From Planctomycetota bacterium (lineage in GTDB: Bacteria; Planctomycetota; J058), in the NCBI GenBank assembly GCA_019636275.1, contig JAHBXY010000010.1, positions 7,785 to 71,784 on the forward strand: DNA of 64,000 nucleotides. The letters run 5' to 3'. The position numbers were made by a program, and so were the translations under genes. The notes beneath the pieces were generated by a model. It was not told the origin of the DNA and searched no databases. It was given only the letters and a program-made list of their open reading frames with translations. Within the stretch, counting starts at the first letter, position 1. Each line of letters begins with the position of its first letter. Below, piece after piece: positions 17,928 to 28,777 of the stretch.

Positions 17928-19895
17928 CTATACCCGTGGCCGGGCGATCGGGCTCGCCGGCCCGGGCTCTCCCTGGGCCTCCTTGCCCTGGTCCAGGGCG
18001 GCCCGCACGGCGGTCGCGAGGTGGTCGGGCGTGAAGGGCTTCTCCAGCACCGTGGCCCACGGCTCGACGTCGGCGCGGGCCACGAGGTCGCCCGAGTAGC
18101 CGGACATGAACAGCACGCGCACGCCGGGCTCGAGCGCCGCGATCCGCTCGGCGAGGTCGCGGCCGTTGACCCCGGGCATGACCACGTCCGACAGGAGCAG
18201 GTCGATCCGCCCGCGCCGTTGGGCGGCGAGCTCGACCGCCTCATCGCCGCGGCTGGCCTCGAGGACGTCGTAGCCGCGCGCGCTCAGGACCTCGCGCACG
18301 AGCTGGCGCACGGCCTCCTCGTCCTCGACGACGAGGATCGTCTCCCGCCCGCCGGGGGTGGGCGTCGTGGCCGGGCGCTGGCCGCCTTCGACGACCTCGG
18401 CCTCGACGGCCGGGAACGTGAGCTCGAACGTCGTGCCCGCGCCGGGCGCGCTGCGCACCTGCACGTCGCCGCCGCTCTGCTTCACGATCCCGTAGACCGT
18501 GGACAGCCCGAGCCCCGTCCCGCGGCCGACCGCCTTCGTGGTGAAGAAGGGCTCGAACACGCGCTCGAGCACCTCCGGGGGCATCCCCTCGCCCGTGTCG
18601 GTCACGACCAGGGCCACGCGCGGCGCCTCACCGGCCGGCGCGCGCGTGGCGATCGTCAGCCGCCCGCCGCGCGGCATGGCGTCGCGCGCGTTGACCGCCA
18701 GGTTCAGGACCACCTGCTCGAGCTGCGCGCGGTCGGCCCGCACCCGGCCGAGCCCCGGCGCCAGGTCGACGACGACCTCGATGTCCTCGCTGATGAGCCG
18801 GCGGAGCATGTCGTTCATGCCCGCGACCACCTGCCCCACGTCCAGCACCTCGGGCTGCAGCACCTGCTTCCTGCTGAACGCCAGCAGCTGGTGCGTCAGC
18901 GCCGCCGCGCGCTGCCCCGCCTGCCGGATGGCCTCGACGGCGCGCCGCTGCGCCCCCGGCGCGACCTGCTCGGCGAGCAGCTCGCTGTAGCCGATGATCG
19001 CCGTGAGCAGGTTGTTGAAGTCGTGCGCCACCCCGCCGGCGAGCTGGCCGATCGCCTCCATCTTCTGCGCCTGCCGCAGCTCCTCCTCCCGCCGGACCCG
19101 GCCGGTCTGGTCCATGAGCGTGCCCACCGCGCGCACCGGCCGGCCCGCCGCGTCGCGCACCAGGTAGGCCCGGTCGAGCACGTGCGCCCAGGTCCCGTCG
19201 GCCCGGCGCAGGCGGTACTCCTCGTTCCACGTGGCCGTCTGGCCGCCGGCCAGCCCGCGGAAGCTCGTCGTGACCCGCTCGCGGTCGTCCTGATGCACGC
19301 GCTCCGCCCACCACGCCGCGCCGGCCGGGATCTCGTCGAGCCCGTAGCCGAACACGCGCCGGAACGCCTCGCTCACGCGCGTGACGCCCGTCGTGAGGTC
19401 GATGACCCAGCTCGTGTCGCTCGAGGCCTGGGCCACGTGGCGCAGGTGCTCCTCGGAGGCCCGCTGCAGGTCCTCGCCCTGGCGGGTCAGCCGCGCGCGC
19501 TCGGCCCGCTCGGCGGCGTGGCGCAAGGACGTCACGAGGTGCTCGGGGGTCAGCCGGTGCTTGACCAGGTAGTCGACCGCCCCGGACTTCATCGCCTGGA
19601 CGGCCACCTGTTCGTCGCCGCGCCCGGTGAGCACGATGATCGGGGCCGTGACCCCGTGAGCGCCGCAGGCCTCGATCAGCTCGAGGCCCGTGCGCCCGCC
19701 GAGGCGGTGGTCGAACACGAGCACGTCGAACCCGCCGCCGGTCGCCCGGGCCAGCCCCTCCTCGAAGGTCGTGACCTGCGTCATGTCGGTCGCCGGAGCG
19801 CCCGGGGCCAGCTCCAGAAGAGCCTGCAAGGTGAACGCCGCGTCCGGGTCGTCGTCGACGACGAGCAGCCGCAACGCCCCCGGATTCCCCTCCAT
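17928..19895 (-). CDS. Hybrid sensor histidine kinase REC-PAS-HisKA-HATPase-REC (CckA-like)
   Basis: AGGVAHDFNNLL, NLAVNARDAM, FFTTK..GTGLGL, receiver domains at both ends. Confidence 0.95.
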   Translation of the reverse strand: MEGNPGALRLLVVDDDPDAAFTLQALLELAPGAPATDMTQVTTFEEGLARATGGGFDVLVFDHRLGGRTGLELIEACGAHGVTAPIIVLTGRGDEQVAVQAMKSGAVDYLVKHRLTPEHLVTSLRHAAERAERARLTRQGEDLQRASEEHLRHVAQASSDTSWVIDLTTGVTRVSEAFRRVFGYGLDEIPAGAAWWAERVHQDDRERVTTSFRGLAGGQTATWNEEYRLRRADGTWAHVLDRAYLVRDAAGRPVRAVGTLMDQTGRVRREEELRQAQKMEAIGQLAGGVAHDFNNLLTAIIGYSELLAEQVAPGAQRRAVEAIRQAGQRAAALTHQLLAFSRKQVLQPEVLDVGQVVAGMNDMLRRLISEDIEVVVDLAPGLGRVRADRAQLEQVVLNLAVNARDAMPRGGRLTIATRAPAGEAPRVALVVTDTGEGMPPEVLERVFEPFFTTKAVGRGTGLGLSTVYGIVKQSGGDVQVRSAPGAGTTFELTFPAVEAEVVEGGQRPATTPTPGGRETILVVEDEEAVRQLVREVLSARGYDVLEASRGDEAVELAAQRRGRIDLLLSDVVMPGVNGRDLAERIAALEPGVRVLFMSGYSGDLVARADVEPWATVLEKPFTPDHLATAVRAALDQGKEAQGEPGPASPIARPRV

Positions 19896-20046
19896 CCCGA
19901 CCGCCTTCCCGCTGGACCTCCCCTGATTCTAGACCCGGGGAGGCCCCGGGACCCGCGGGAACCTGCGCGAAAGGTTGTGAGCGTCCCGGTAACCCAAATC
20001 CCTTGGGGCCATTGGCGCACGAGCCGCCGCCCGGTCATCGTGGGTC

Positions 20047-20396
20047 GTGGCCGCCGACGACCCTCGCAACCAGCCACCCGCTCAGGACTGGTCGTGGGAC
20101 AGCGACTCTGCGTCACCGTCCCCGGCGCCCGCGCCGTCCCCGCCGGCGAGCCCCCTGCGACGCACCGCGTCCGGGCGGGTGGCGCACGTCGACGGGCGCT
20201 ACGAGGTGCTGGGCGAGCTGGGCCGCGGCGCCATGGGGGTGGTCTACCGCGCGCGCGACCTCGTCAGCGGCCGCGAGGTGGCGCTCAAGCTGCTCCTCGA
20301 GCACCAGGAGCCCAGGGAGCCCGCGCAGTGGGAGTGGGACGGCGCGGCCTGGCGCCGCTGCGGGGCGCGCGGGCCGCCCGGACGTCGAGCGGGTGA
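20047..20396 (+). pseudogene. Truncated Ser/Thr kinase (subdomains I-II only) joined to a WEWDG kelch-like end
   Basis: RYEVLGELGRGAMGVVYRARD..VALKLL then QWEWDGAAW; no HRD/DFG. Confidence 0.65.
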
Positions 20397-20430
20397 CCCG
20401 CCTACGATCGGAGCAGCGGGCGAGCACACC

Positions 20431-21546
20431 TCAGGCCAGGCGCGCGCCCTCGCGCAGGGCCGGGTGGAAGCGGCGCGGGAGGGCCGCCGGGTCGGCGGCG
20501 GCGACGAGCGGGGCGAGGTCCACGCTGGAGAAGGTGTGCCAGAAGAGGACGCGGCGCCCGCGCAGGGCCGGGCTGGCCGCCAGGCGCAGGAAGGCGGCGG
20601 CGGCCTTGCCCGTGTAGGTCGTCTCCAGCGCGATCCCCTCGGCCGCGAAGCGCTCGCAGGCGGCGCGCGCGGCCGGCGTGTCGACGCCGTAGCCGCCGCC
20701 CAGCTCGTGCGGGTCGAGCTCGACCGGGGCGCGCGGCCCGCGCGACCAGCGGGCGCCGGCGCGGCGCAGGAGGCGCCGCGCGGTGAGGTCGAGGCGACGC
20801 AGCAGCCAGGCGTTGGTGACCGCGGCGGGGACGACGCGCACGGCCACGACGCGGGCCGGCAGGCCGGCCAGCTCGAGGCCGAGGGCGATCCCGGCCGCCG
20901 TGCCGCAGGTGCCGGCCGCGACGACGACGCAGTCGGGCGCCGGCAGGAGCCCCTGCCGCACCTGGTCGGCCAGCTCGAGGGCGCCTTCGACGTAGCCGAG
21001 CGTCCCCAGCGCCGACGACCCGCCGGGCGGCACGACCTCGGTCCGCGGCGCGCGCCGGGCCACGACCTCGGCCACGAGCGGCGCGAGCGCGGCGTGCGGC
21101 GTCCAGACGAGGCGCGCGCCGACGGCGTGGTCGGCGAGCAGGTCGTCGAGGACGTGCGCCGTGATCGGCTGCGGGTAGAGCACCAGGTCGACCTCGAGGC
21201 CCAGCGCCCGCGCGTAGACCGCCGTGGCCAGCGCGTGGTGCGACCCGTAGGCGCCGATCGTGACCACGCCGCGGCGCCGGCGGGCCAGCGCGCGCCCGAG
21301 CAGGAGCTCGAGCTTGCGCACCTTGTTGCCGCCGTAGCGCGCGCCGGCGCGGTCGTCGCGCTTGACCCAGCACTCGGCGCCGAGCGCGCGCGACAGCCCC
21401 TCGAGCGGCTCGACCGGCGTGGGGAAGGCGCCGAGCGCCACGTGCGGCAGGTCGAGGTCGCCGAAGCGCGCCCGCAGCCGCGGCGGCCCGGACGGCGTGA
21501 ACGCCGTCGCGACGTCGAGCGAGGCGAGCTCCCGCGGCGCGACCAC
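20431..21546 (-). CDS. PLP-dependent D-cysteine desulfhydrase/ACC deaminase family protein
   Basis: FPTPV, WVKRDD, GGNKVRKLE, GGSSALGTLGY, AGTCGTAAG, ETTYTGK. Confidence 0.9.
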   Translation of the reverse strand: MVAPRELASLDVATAFTPSGPPRLRARFGDLDLPHVALGAFPTPVEPLEGLSRALGAECWVKRDDRAGARYGGNKVRKLELLLGRALARRRRGVVTIGAYGSHHALATAVYARALGLEVDLVLYPQPITAHVLDDLLADHAVGARLVWTPHAALAPLVAEVVARRAPRTEVVPPGGSSALGTLGYVEGALELADQVRQGLLPAPDCVVVAAGTCGTAAGIALGLELAGLPARVVAVRVVPAAVTNAWLLRRLDLTARRLLRRAGARWSRGPRAPVELDPHELGGGYGVDTPAARAACERFAAEGIALETTYTGKAAAAFLRLAASPALRGRRVLFWHTFSSVDLAPLVAAADPAALPRRFHPALREGARLA

Positions 21547-21565
21547 GAGCCGATGATACCGCCGC

Positions 21566-22725
21566 TCAGCCCCGCCCGTCGCCCAGCCGCCGGGCCGCCT
21601 TCTCCGCCGAGCGCGCGCGGCGCGCGGCGCGCTGGCCGCGGCCCTCCTCCTCGACGAAGCGCTCCAGCGCCCGCACCCCGAGCGGCGTGTAGCGGGCGCG
21701 CGCCTCGTCGAGGAGCGGGGCCAGCTCGGCCGGGTCGGGCGCCTTCCCCGGGCGCACGGCCGCCGCGATGCGCGCGTAGGCGGGGGCGAGGGGGCCGGCG
21801 CCGAAGTGGCGCACCGGGTGCCAGGTGAGGTCGTGCACGTAGCAGGCGCCGAGGAGGCCGTCGTCGGTCGCCTCGCGGTCGAGGTCGCCCAGCGGGTCGT
21901 AGGGCTGGAGCCCGACGACGCGCACGGGGAAGGGCAAGGCCCCCGAGGCGTCGAGGCGCGCCACGGCGGCCTCGAGCGCGTGCTCGTCGAGGGCGGCGCC
22001 GCCGGGCACGGCCAGCCCGTAGCCCACGCGGCTGAACCCCAGGCGGCGGGCCCCGCCGCCGAGCAGGTCGCTGACCGCGCGGAACAGGTCCAGGTCGCAG
22101 CAGGCGAAGCGCGCCTCCCCCGAGGCGTGGAAGGCGACGAACAGGCCGAAGTCGAAGTCGGGCCCGTGGGCCGAGAACAGGCGCGTGCGCGGCTCCTCGT
22201 CCTCGCCGCGCGTGGCGGCCGCGCGCCGGGCGGCGTCATCCTCGCCCGAGGCCGCGCGCCGGGCGACGAAGCGCACGAGCGCCGACGGGTCGTCGGTCAG
22301 GGCGGGGGCCAGGTCGCCCAGGCGGGCGGCCTGCGCGCGGACGAGCGGGTCGGCGTCGGCGGCGCCGGCTCGAGCGCGCCGGCCGCGCCAGCACCGCCGC
22401 GCCGCCGAGCGCGACGAGGCGCGCCAGGCGGTCGTCGCCCGCGCGCGCGGCGGGGGCCGCGGCCAGCTCCTCGGATCGGCGCCGACCGCCGCGGGTCAAG
22501 CGCCCGGGCGGCGGCGCCGGCGGCGGCCGCCGCGTCGACCTGCTCCGAGCGCAGGAGCGCCTCGGCCCGCACGGCGAGCGCGTCGGCCTGCTCGAGGCCC
22601 TCGGTCGTGGCCAGGACGTCGGCCCAGCGCGCGGCGCGGCGCTGCGTGTGGGCCAGCCGGACCCGCGCCGAGGCGCCCCCCTCGCGGGCGGCCTCGCGCT
22701 CCGCGCGCCGCGCCTGCTCGTCCAT
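21566..22725 (-). CDS. Hypothetical protein (helical N-terminus), apparently frameshifted near 22280-22520
   Basis: ATG 22725 MDEQARRAERE...; coding signal moves through three frames to end at 21566. Confidence 0.5.
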
Positions 22726-22864
22726 GCGCTCAGGCTGGCACGCAGCCCGCCCCCGGTCCACGGCGCGCGCGACGGTCCAGGAACGGACCGCTCCGACCCC
22801 GGCGGGGCCGTGGGTTACGCAGGCACGGTGGCTGCTAAGAGGATCCGCGGGAGGAGAGGACGCC

Positions 22865-23713
22865 ATGAAGGGACGGATGATCACACCGCTGCTCGCCCTC
22901 GCCGCGCTCGCGGCGCCGGCCAGCGCGCAGCCGCTGAGCGGTCGCGAGACCATCTGGGCGCAGGGCGTCGGGCAGGAGCTCGGCGGGTCGACCTGGGCGC
23001 AGCGCTTCTCCATTCCCCGGCCCGTCGAGGGCGTGGTCAAGAACAACGACGTCGCGCGGGCCCCCCTCAAGGGCCCGCTGGCCCACGGGATCAGGATCGG
23101 GGGCGGCGACGACGTGGTCGAGCGGCTGCGCTTCGACTCGCCGGCCTCGGCGCAGCAGTACGTGGCCAGCGCCGTCGCCCTCGAGGGGCCCGGCGCGGTC
23201 GCCGGAGAGCTGCGCGGGAGCCAGGTCCTCCTCGTCCGCGGCCCGCGCGCGAAGGACCCCGCGCGCGCCCGCGCGCTGCTCGACGCCGGGTGGAAGGTGC
23301 TCCCCGTGGCGGACGAGACCGACGCCACGTTCGCCCGCCTCGAGGACGGCGGGCTCGCCCTCAGCACGCGGCTCCCGGACGGGCCCCTGCGGGAGTCCGT
23401 CGACAAGGCGCTCGACTCGCTCCGCCACAACGCCGGGGGCGACGTGGCGATCGAGTGGGCCTCCCCGCGCGGGGCGCACGTGCGCTTCCCGTCCGGCTAC
23501 GAGGCCGAGGTGCGGAGCGACCCCCAGGGCGCCTCGGCCGTGACGTCGCCCAGCCCCGGCGGGCTGCCCGCCATGCAGGATTACCTGGCCGCCATGCAGC
23601 CCCCGCCGGTCGACGACGCGCCGAGCACGGCCTTGAGGACGCGCGAGGCGACCCGGAGTTCGACGGAGACGGAGGGCGCCGCCGGGCGGATCCGCCGCCT
23701 GCTCGGGGAGTGA
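22865..23713 (+). CDS. Hypothetical secreted protein
   Basis: GGAGGA SD; signal peptide MITPLLALAALAAPASA. Confidence 0.7.
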   Translation: MKGRMITPLLALAALAAPASAQPLSGRETIWAQGVGQELGGSTWAQRFSIPRPVEGVVKNNDVARAPLKGPLAHGIRIGGGDDVVERLRFDSPASAQQYVASAVALEGPGAVAGELRGSQVLLVRGPRAKDPARARALLDAGWKVLPVADETDATFARLEDGGLALSTRLPDGPLRESVDKALDSLRHNAGGDVAIEWASPRGAHVRFPSGYEAEVRSDPQGASAVTSPSPGGLPAMQDYLAAMQPPPVDDAPSTALRTREATRSSTETEGAAGRIRRLLGE

Positions 23714-23877
23714 TCGCGATCTGCTCCAGCAGCACCACGCCTCGGCCGCTCATGGGGCGCAGAGAGCACAGGCTGGCCGGCCAGAACCCAACCGGCCTCA
23801 GAGGAGGCGCAGAGATCGCGTCCAATCGTCTCGAATGAAGCCTGCCGTTCCATGGCCGGCCTGAGAGCGCCCGCCGA

Positions 23878-25716
23878 TCACCCGACGGGCAGCTCGACCG
23901 TGAACCGCGCCCCTTGCCCCGGGGCGCTCTCGAGGTGGATCGTGCCGCCGTGCGCGGCGACGACGTGCTTGACGATCCACAGGCCCAGGCCCAGCCCGCC
24001 GTAGTGGCGCTCCGAGACGGCGCGCTCGAAGCGCTCGAAGATCCGCCCCTGGTCCTCGAGCGCGACGCCGATCCCCTCGTCCTGCACGACCAGCCGGGCC
24101 CGCTCGCCCGCCGCCTCCACGCGCACGGTCACGGGCCGGCCGCGGCCGTACTTCACGGCGTTGTGCACGAGGTTCCACACGAGCTGGTCGAGCTGCCCGG
24201 GGTCCCACCGGCCGACGACCGGCTCGCCGGCGACGACCGTCACGGACGACGAGCTCGCCTGCGCCTCGGCCTCGAGGCGCGCGGCGACCGAGCGTGCCAC
24301 CCCGACGAGGTCGACGTCGCTCGCCTCGATCGTCGGGCCCTCGGCGGCGATGCGCGAGACGTCGAGGAGGCGGTCGACGAGCTCGCCCAACCGCTCGAGC
24401 TGCCGCTGCGCCGTGGCCAGGCGCGGGAGCGCCGTCTCCGAGGCCACGGTCGGGCCGCGGGCGGCGAGCCGGGCCAGGCCCTCGAGGTGCAGCGCCAGCG
24501 GCGTGAGCGGCGTCTTGAGCTCGTGGCTGACGATGCTCAGGAACTCGTCGCGCCGCCGGATCGCCAGCTTCTGGGCGTGGATGTCGGTGAAGGCGCCGAA
24601 CCACGCCAGCGCCGCGCCCTGCGCCCCGGGCAGCGGCTCGGCCGCGGCCAGGAACCAGCGGTGCGCGCCGTCCGACTGCCGCAGGCGCAGCTCGACCTCG
24701 AAGCGCTCGCCCGCGGCGAGCGCCGCGCGCCAGGCCGCGAGGGCCGCCTCGCGGTCGTCGGGGTGCACCTGCGCCGCCCACGGCCCCGGCTCGTCGCGGC
24801 GCAGTCCGGTGTAGGCCCACCAGCGCTCGTTGTAGAAGACCGGCCGGCCGTCGGCGTCGGCGGTCCACACGAGCGACGGCACCATGTTGGCGAGGTGCTG
24901 GAAGCGCTGCTCGCTCTCGCGGCGCGCCGTCAGGTCGCGCGTGACCTTGGCGAACCCGCGCAGCTCCCCCGACTCCTCGCGCAGGGCCGTGACCACGGCG
25001 TTGGCCCAGAAGCGCCCGCCGTCGCGGCGCACGCGCCAGCCCTCGACCTCATGGCGCCCGGCGGGCCCGGCGGCCAGGCGCAGCTCCTCGTCGGGCAGGC
25101 CGGCGTCGCGCGCCTCGGGCGGGAAGAAGAGCGAGAAGTGGCGCCCGATCACCTCGTCGGGGCGGTAGCCCTTGATCCGCTCGGCGCCCTGGTTCCAGGT
25201 GGCGACGTGCCCGCGCGGGTCGAGGAGGAAGATCGCGTACTCCTGCACCGAGTCGACCAGCAGGCGGAACGCGTCGTCGGTCTGCAGGCGCGCCCGGCGC
25301 TCGGCGATCCGGTCGGGCCGGTGGTGCTCCGCCTCGCGCAGCACGGCGCGGATCGCCCCCACGAGCTGGTCGAGCTTCAGCGGCTTGGGGAGGAGGCCGG
25401 CGGCGTGGAAGGCCGCCGCCGCCGAGCGCGCGGCCGCCGGCTCCCGGGCGGTGAGGATCAGCACCGGCGTCTCGCAGAGAGGGGCCGGCTGCTGGCGCAG
25501 CCAGGCGAGGAGGTCCTCGCCCGAGAGGTGCGGGAGCATGAGGTCGAGGAGGATCAGCCGCGGCGGGCCGCTCGCTCTCGCGAGCAGGTCGCGCGCGGCC
25601 TGCCCGTCGCCGACCGCCTCGACCGAGAAGCCCTCCGCGCGGAGGGCCTCGAGGAGCGCGGCGGCCGTGTCCTCGTCGTCCTCGACCACGAGCAGGGCGG
25701 GCGGGGGAGGGGCCAT
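23878..25716 (-). CDS. Sensor histidine kinase REC-PAS-PAS-HisKA-HATPase
   Basis: SHELKTPL, NAVKY, GLGLGL; WNQGAERIKGY PAS. Confidence 0.95.
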   Translation of the reverse strand: MAPPPPALLVVEDDEDTAAALLEALRAEGFSVEAVGDGQAARDLLARASGPPRLILLDLMLPHLSGEDLLAWLRQQPAPLCETPVLILTAREPAAARSAAAAFHAAGLLPKPLKLDQLVGAIRAVLREAEHHRPDRIAERRARLQTDDAFRLLVDSVQEYAIFLLDPRGHVATWNQGAERIKGYRPDEVIGRHFSLFFPPEARDAGLPDEELRLAAGPAGRHEVEGWRVRRDGGRFWANAVVTALREESGELRGFAKVTRDLTARRESEQRFQHLANMVPSLVWTADADGRPVFYNERWWAYTGLRRDEPGPWAAQVHPDDREAALAAWRAALAAGERFEVELRLRQSDGAHRWFLAAAEPLPGAQGAALAWFGAFTDIHAQKLAIRRRDEFLSIVSHELKTPLTPLALHLEGLARLAARGPTVASETALPRLATAQRQLERLGELVDRLLDVSRIAAEGPTIEASDVDLVGVARSVAARLEAEAQASSSSVTVVAGEPVVGRWDPGQLDQLVWNLVHNAVKYGRGRPVTVRVEAAGERARLVVQDEGIGVALEDQGRIFERFERAVSERHYGGLGLGLWIVKHVVAAHGGTIHLESAPGQGARFTVELPVG

Positions 25717-25750
25717 GGCGTCTCCATTGTCGCCCCTCCTCGCCGGGTCG

Positions 25751-27052
25751 TCAGGCGCCCGCGGCCGGGCGGCGCGTGGCGCGGACGTAGCGCACGGTCG
25801 GCGCGTCCGCCGCCAGGTCGACCGGGGGAGGCGCCGGCGCGGTCACGGGCGGCGACACGCCCGCCTCGTCCGCGGCCTGCTCGAGCGCCTCGAGCGCCTC
25901 CGTCGGCGTCGCCGGGCGCCGCGCGGGGTCGAGCGCGGTCAGCCACGCGAGGAGCGCGCGCGCGCCGGCGCCGAGGTGGGGCGGGATCGCCGGCGGGACC
26001 TCGGCCATGGCCTGCAGGAGCGCCATGCCGCGCAGGCCGTCGAACGGGTGGCGACCCGCGAGCGCCTGCAGGGCGACGACGCCGGCGACGTACAGGTCGC
26101 TGCGGGCGTCGGCCTCGGCCCCGGTGATCACCTCCGGGGCCATGAACCCGGGCGTCCCGAGGATGATGTCGGGGGCCGTGAGTCCCTGGTCGAGCGCCGG
26201 CTTGGCCAGGCCGAAGTCGATGACCACCGGCCGCGCGGGGCAGGCGCCCTCGAGGATCACGTTGCGGGGGGTGAGGTCGCGGTGCACGAGGCCGCGGGCG
26301 GCCAGGGCGCCGAGCGCGCGCAGGAGCCCGCGCAGGAGCGCCAGCCCCGCCGCCGGCGCCAGGGGCCCCGTGTCGCGCAGGTGCCGCTCGAGGGTCGGGC
26401 CATGGACGAGGCGCATGGCGCAGTAGGCGCGGCCGCCGACGACGCCCGCGTCGCGCATGGCCACGACGTGCGGGTCGTCGACGCGCGCCAGCACGCGCGA
26501 CTCGCGCACGAAGCGCGCCAGGTCCTCGGGCTCGGCGGCCTCGGGCGCGAGGACCTTCAGGGCCACGGCCTCGCCGCGCAGGGCGTCCCAGGCCTCGTAG
26601 ACGACGCCGAAGCTGCCGCGGCCGAGCGCGCGCCACACGGCGTAGCGGCCGAAGGCCAGCCCCTCGGCGGCGCCGGGGAGGTCGAGGCCGACGGGCTCCT
26701 CGTCGAGGAGGCGCTCGACGAGGCGCGCGAGCGGGTCCGGGTCGAGGGGCCGGAGCGCGTGGGCGGTGGCGCCGACCGCGCGGCCGCGGGCGGCGTCGGC
26801 CGGGTCGGCGGACACGACGACCACCGGGAAGGGGCGCGCGTGGAGGGCGCGGACGCGGGCCACGAGGTCGAGGCCGCCGCCGTCGGGGAGGTCGAGCGCG
26901 ACGACCAGCAGGTCGGGCGCGCGCGGGGCCAGGGCCTGCAGGGCCGCCCGCACCCCGGCGCACTCCTGCACGGCGTGGCCCGCCCGCCCCAGCGTGGTGG
27001 CCACGCGGGCGCGCTCCTGCGGGTCGGCGTCGACGACGACGGCTGTGGCCAC
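25751..27052 (-). CDS. Response-regulator (REC)-Ser/Thr protein kinase fusion
   Basis: N-terminal REC then GRGSFGVVY, VALK, HRDLTPRN, DFG, GTPGFMAPE. Confidence 0.9.
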   Translation of the reverse strand: MATAVVVDADPQERARVATTLGRAGHAVQECAGVRAALQALAPRAPDLLVVALDLPDGGGLDLVARVRALHARPFPVVVVSADPADAARGRAVGATAHALRPLDPDPLARLVERLLDEEPVGLDLPGAAEGLAFGRYAVWRALGRGSFGVVYEAWDALRGEAVALKVLAPEAAEPEDLARFVRESRVLARVDDPHVVAMRDAGVVGGRAYCAMRLVHGPTLERHLRDTGPLAPAAGLALLRGLLRALGALAARGLVHRDLTPRNVILEGACPARPVVIDFGLAKPALDQGLTAPDIILGTPGFMAPEVITGAEADARSDLYVAGVVALQALAGRHPFDGLRGMALLQAMAEVPPAIPPHLGAGARALLAWLTALDPARRPATPTEALEALEQAADEAGVSPPVTAPAPPPVDLAADAPTVRYVRATRRPAAGA

Positions 27053-27271
27053 GTTCCCTCCGGGCGGCGGCGCCGAGCAGATCGGGGGCCGCGACCCCGG
27101 GCTCGCGCGACAACGACTTGCGCGACGACGCCGCGGACTTCCGCGCGGAGGACCAGCCAGGAGTCCTCGCTCGCGCCGGTCCGCGCAGTCGTCCGCGCGC
27201 GCGACCGCCGCGACGCGGCTTGGGCGCGGCGCAGGTCGTGCTCGTCGGCGCCGACGAACAAGGAGGTCGAC

Positions 27272-28004
27272 GTGAGCGCCCCGCGCGCCTCGGCTGAGAA
27301 GACGACGAAGGCCGTGCTCGTGCTTCGCCGGCCGGGCTCGATCGTCGGGCGGCTCGCCCCCGGCGGACGGCTGCTGATCGGCCGCGCGCCCTCGGCCGAC
27401 GTGACGCTCCACGACCCGAGCGTGTCGCGCCTGCACGCCCGGATCACCTGGTCGGAGGGCCGGACGCGCCCCTGGGTCGAGGACCTGCACAGCGCCAACG
27501 GGGTGTGGCTCGACGGGCGGCGGATCGCGCAGGCGGCCGAGCTGCGCGACGGCGTGACCCTGCGCCTGGGCTCCTACGCGCTGCAGGTGGAGCTGGGCGA
27601 GGACGCGCCGCCGGCGCTCCTCGACGAGGGCGGGACCGTCCGCGTGCGGCTGTTCTCGGAGACCGGCCCCGAGCTCCAGGGGCGGCTGCGAGACCCGCAG
27701 GACCTGCGCGAACCTGCTCGTCGACCTCGAGGCGCGCCGGCGCACGGGCACGCTCCTCCTGCCGGGCGGGGGGCAGGTCGTGCTGGCGCGCGGGCGCGTG
27801 GTCCACGCGCGGACGCCGGACGCCGTCGGGTTCGAGGCGCTGAGCGACCTGCTCACCGCGGGCGGGGCCGGAACGTTTCGCTTCGTGCTCGAGCTCGCGC
27901 CGCTCGAGAGCGAGCTCGACGTGTCCCCGCGCGCGCTCCTCGAGAGCGGCCGCGCACCCACCGAGCGACTCGGCCGTGACGCGGGCCGGAGCCGCGCCTC
28001 CTGA
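27272..28004 (+). CDS. FHA domain + DUF4388/PATAN-like domain protein, copy 1 (1-nt insertion at ~27711)
   Basis: IGR..D..VSRLHA..DLHSANG FHA motifs; gcgcgAacctg vs gcgacctg in the paralog. Confidence 0.85.
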
Positions 28005-28122
28005 GCGCGCCGGCGAGTCGCGAGGGTGACACGCGCGCCGAGAAGTCCGCGCGCGAGCGGCCGAAGGGTCGGAGATTTCCGCTCTTGTGCCCGGCTCGGG
28101 CGATCCCCTAGGCTTGCGGGCG

Positions 28123-28407
28123 ATGGCGATCGAACGGACCAGCAGCTCCGGCAGCCTGATCGACGTGCTCGACCGCGTCCTCGACAAGGGGATCGTGATC
28201 GACGCCTGGGTGCGGGTGTCGCTCGTCGGGATCGACCTGCTCACGGTCGAGGCGCGCGTCGTCGTGGCCTCGATCGAGACCTACCTCAGGTTCTCCGACG
28301 CGGTCCACCAGGCGACGACGATGGCGCGGCCCGCCGCCGCGTCCCCCGCGCCCGAGGCTGCGGACCGGGGCGCGGCCGCGGCGACGCGGACCGTCCCGAC
28401 CGGCTGA
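28123..28407 (+). CDS. gvpA: Gas vesicle structural protein GvpA family, copy 1
   Basis: [45 protein letters not shown]. Confidence 0.95.
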   Translation: MAIERTSSSGSLIDVLDRVLDKGIVIDAWVRVSLVGIDLLTVEARVVVASIETYLRFSDAVHQATTMARPAAASPAPEAADRGAAAATRTVPTG

Positions 28408-28584
28408 CCCGAGCGAGCCTCCTCCCGAGCGCGAGGAGCCACGGGCCGTCTGCCCGCACGCGATCACGAGCCGCCGTCGTCAGGATGGGCGCCGGACGCG
28501 GAGGAGTTCGCGCCCCGACGACCAGCGCGTCACTTGGGCTCGGCCCGCGATTGGCTCCCTGACGATCGCCTCGAGGAGGGCCCC

Positions 28585-28776
28585 GTGGAGCCTCTGAAGA
28601 TCGTCCCCTGCGTCGTCTGCGGCGCACACGTTCGCCGGGTCCGCCCCGTCGGCCTCGTCACCTGCGGCGCCTACTGCCGCACGATCATCTGCCGCCTGCG
28701 GGCCGAGCAGGCCCGACCGGCGGCGGCGGCGCGGCGATCGGCGCAGGGCGCGCGGCAGGGCGCGCGGCAGGGCTGA
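28585..28776 (+). CDS. Small Cys-rich (CxxC...CxxxC) protein
   Basis: GAGGAG SD; CVVCGAHVRRVRPVGLVTCGAYC. Confidence 0.55.
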   Translation: MEPLKIVPCVVCGAHVRRVRPVGLVTCGAYCRTIICRLRAEQARPAAAARRSAQGARQGARQG

Positions 28777-28777
28777 C

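Noticed and set aside
27700-27720. Programmed frameshifting in FHA copy 1 and other split genes
   Set aside because: No slippery heptamer or stimulatory structure is evident, the paralog is intact, and many similar indels point to assembly error.
28081-28122. Sigma54 promoter upstream of gvpA
   Set aside because: TTGC is present, but there is no GG at the required -24 spacing.
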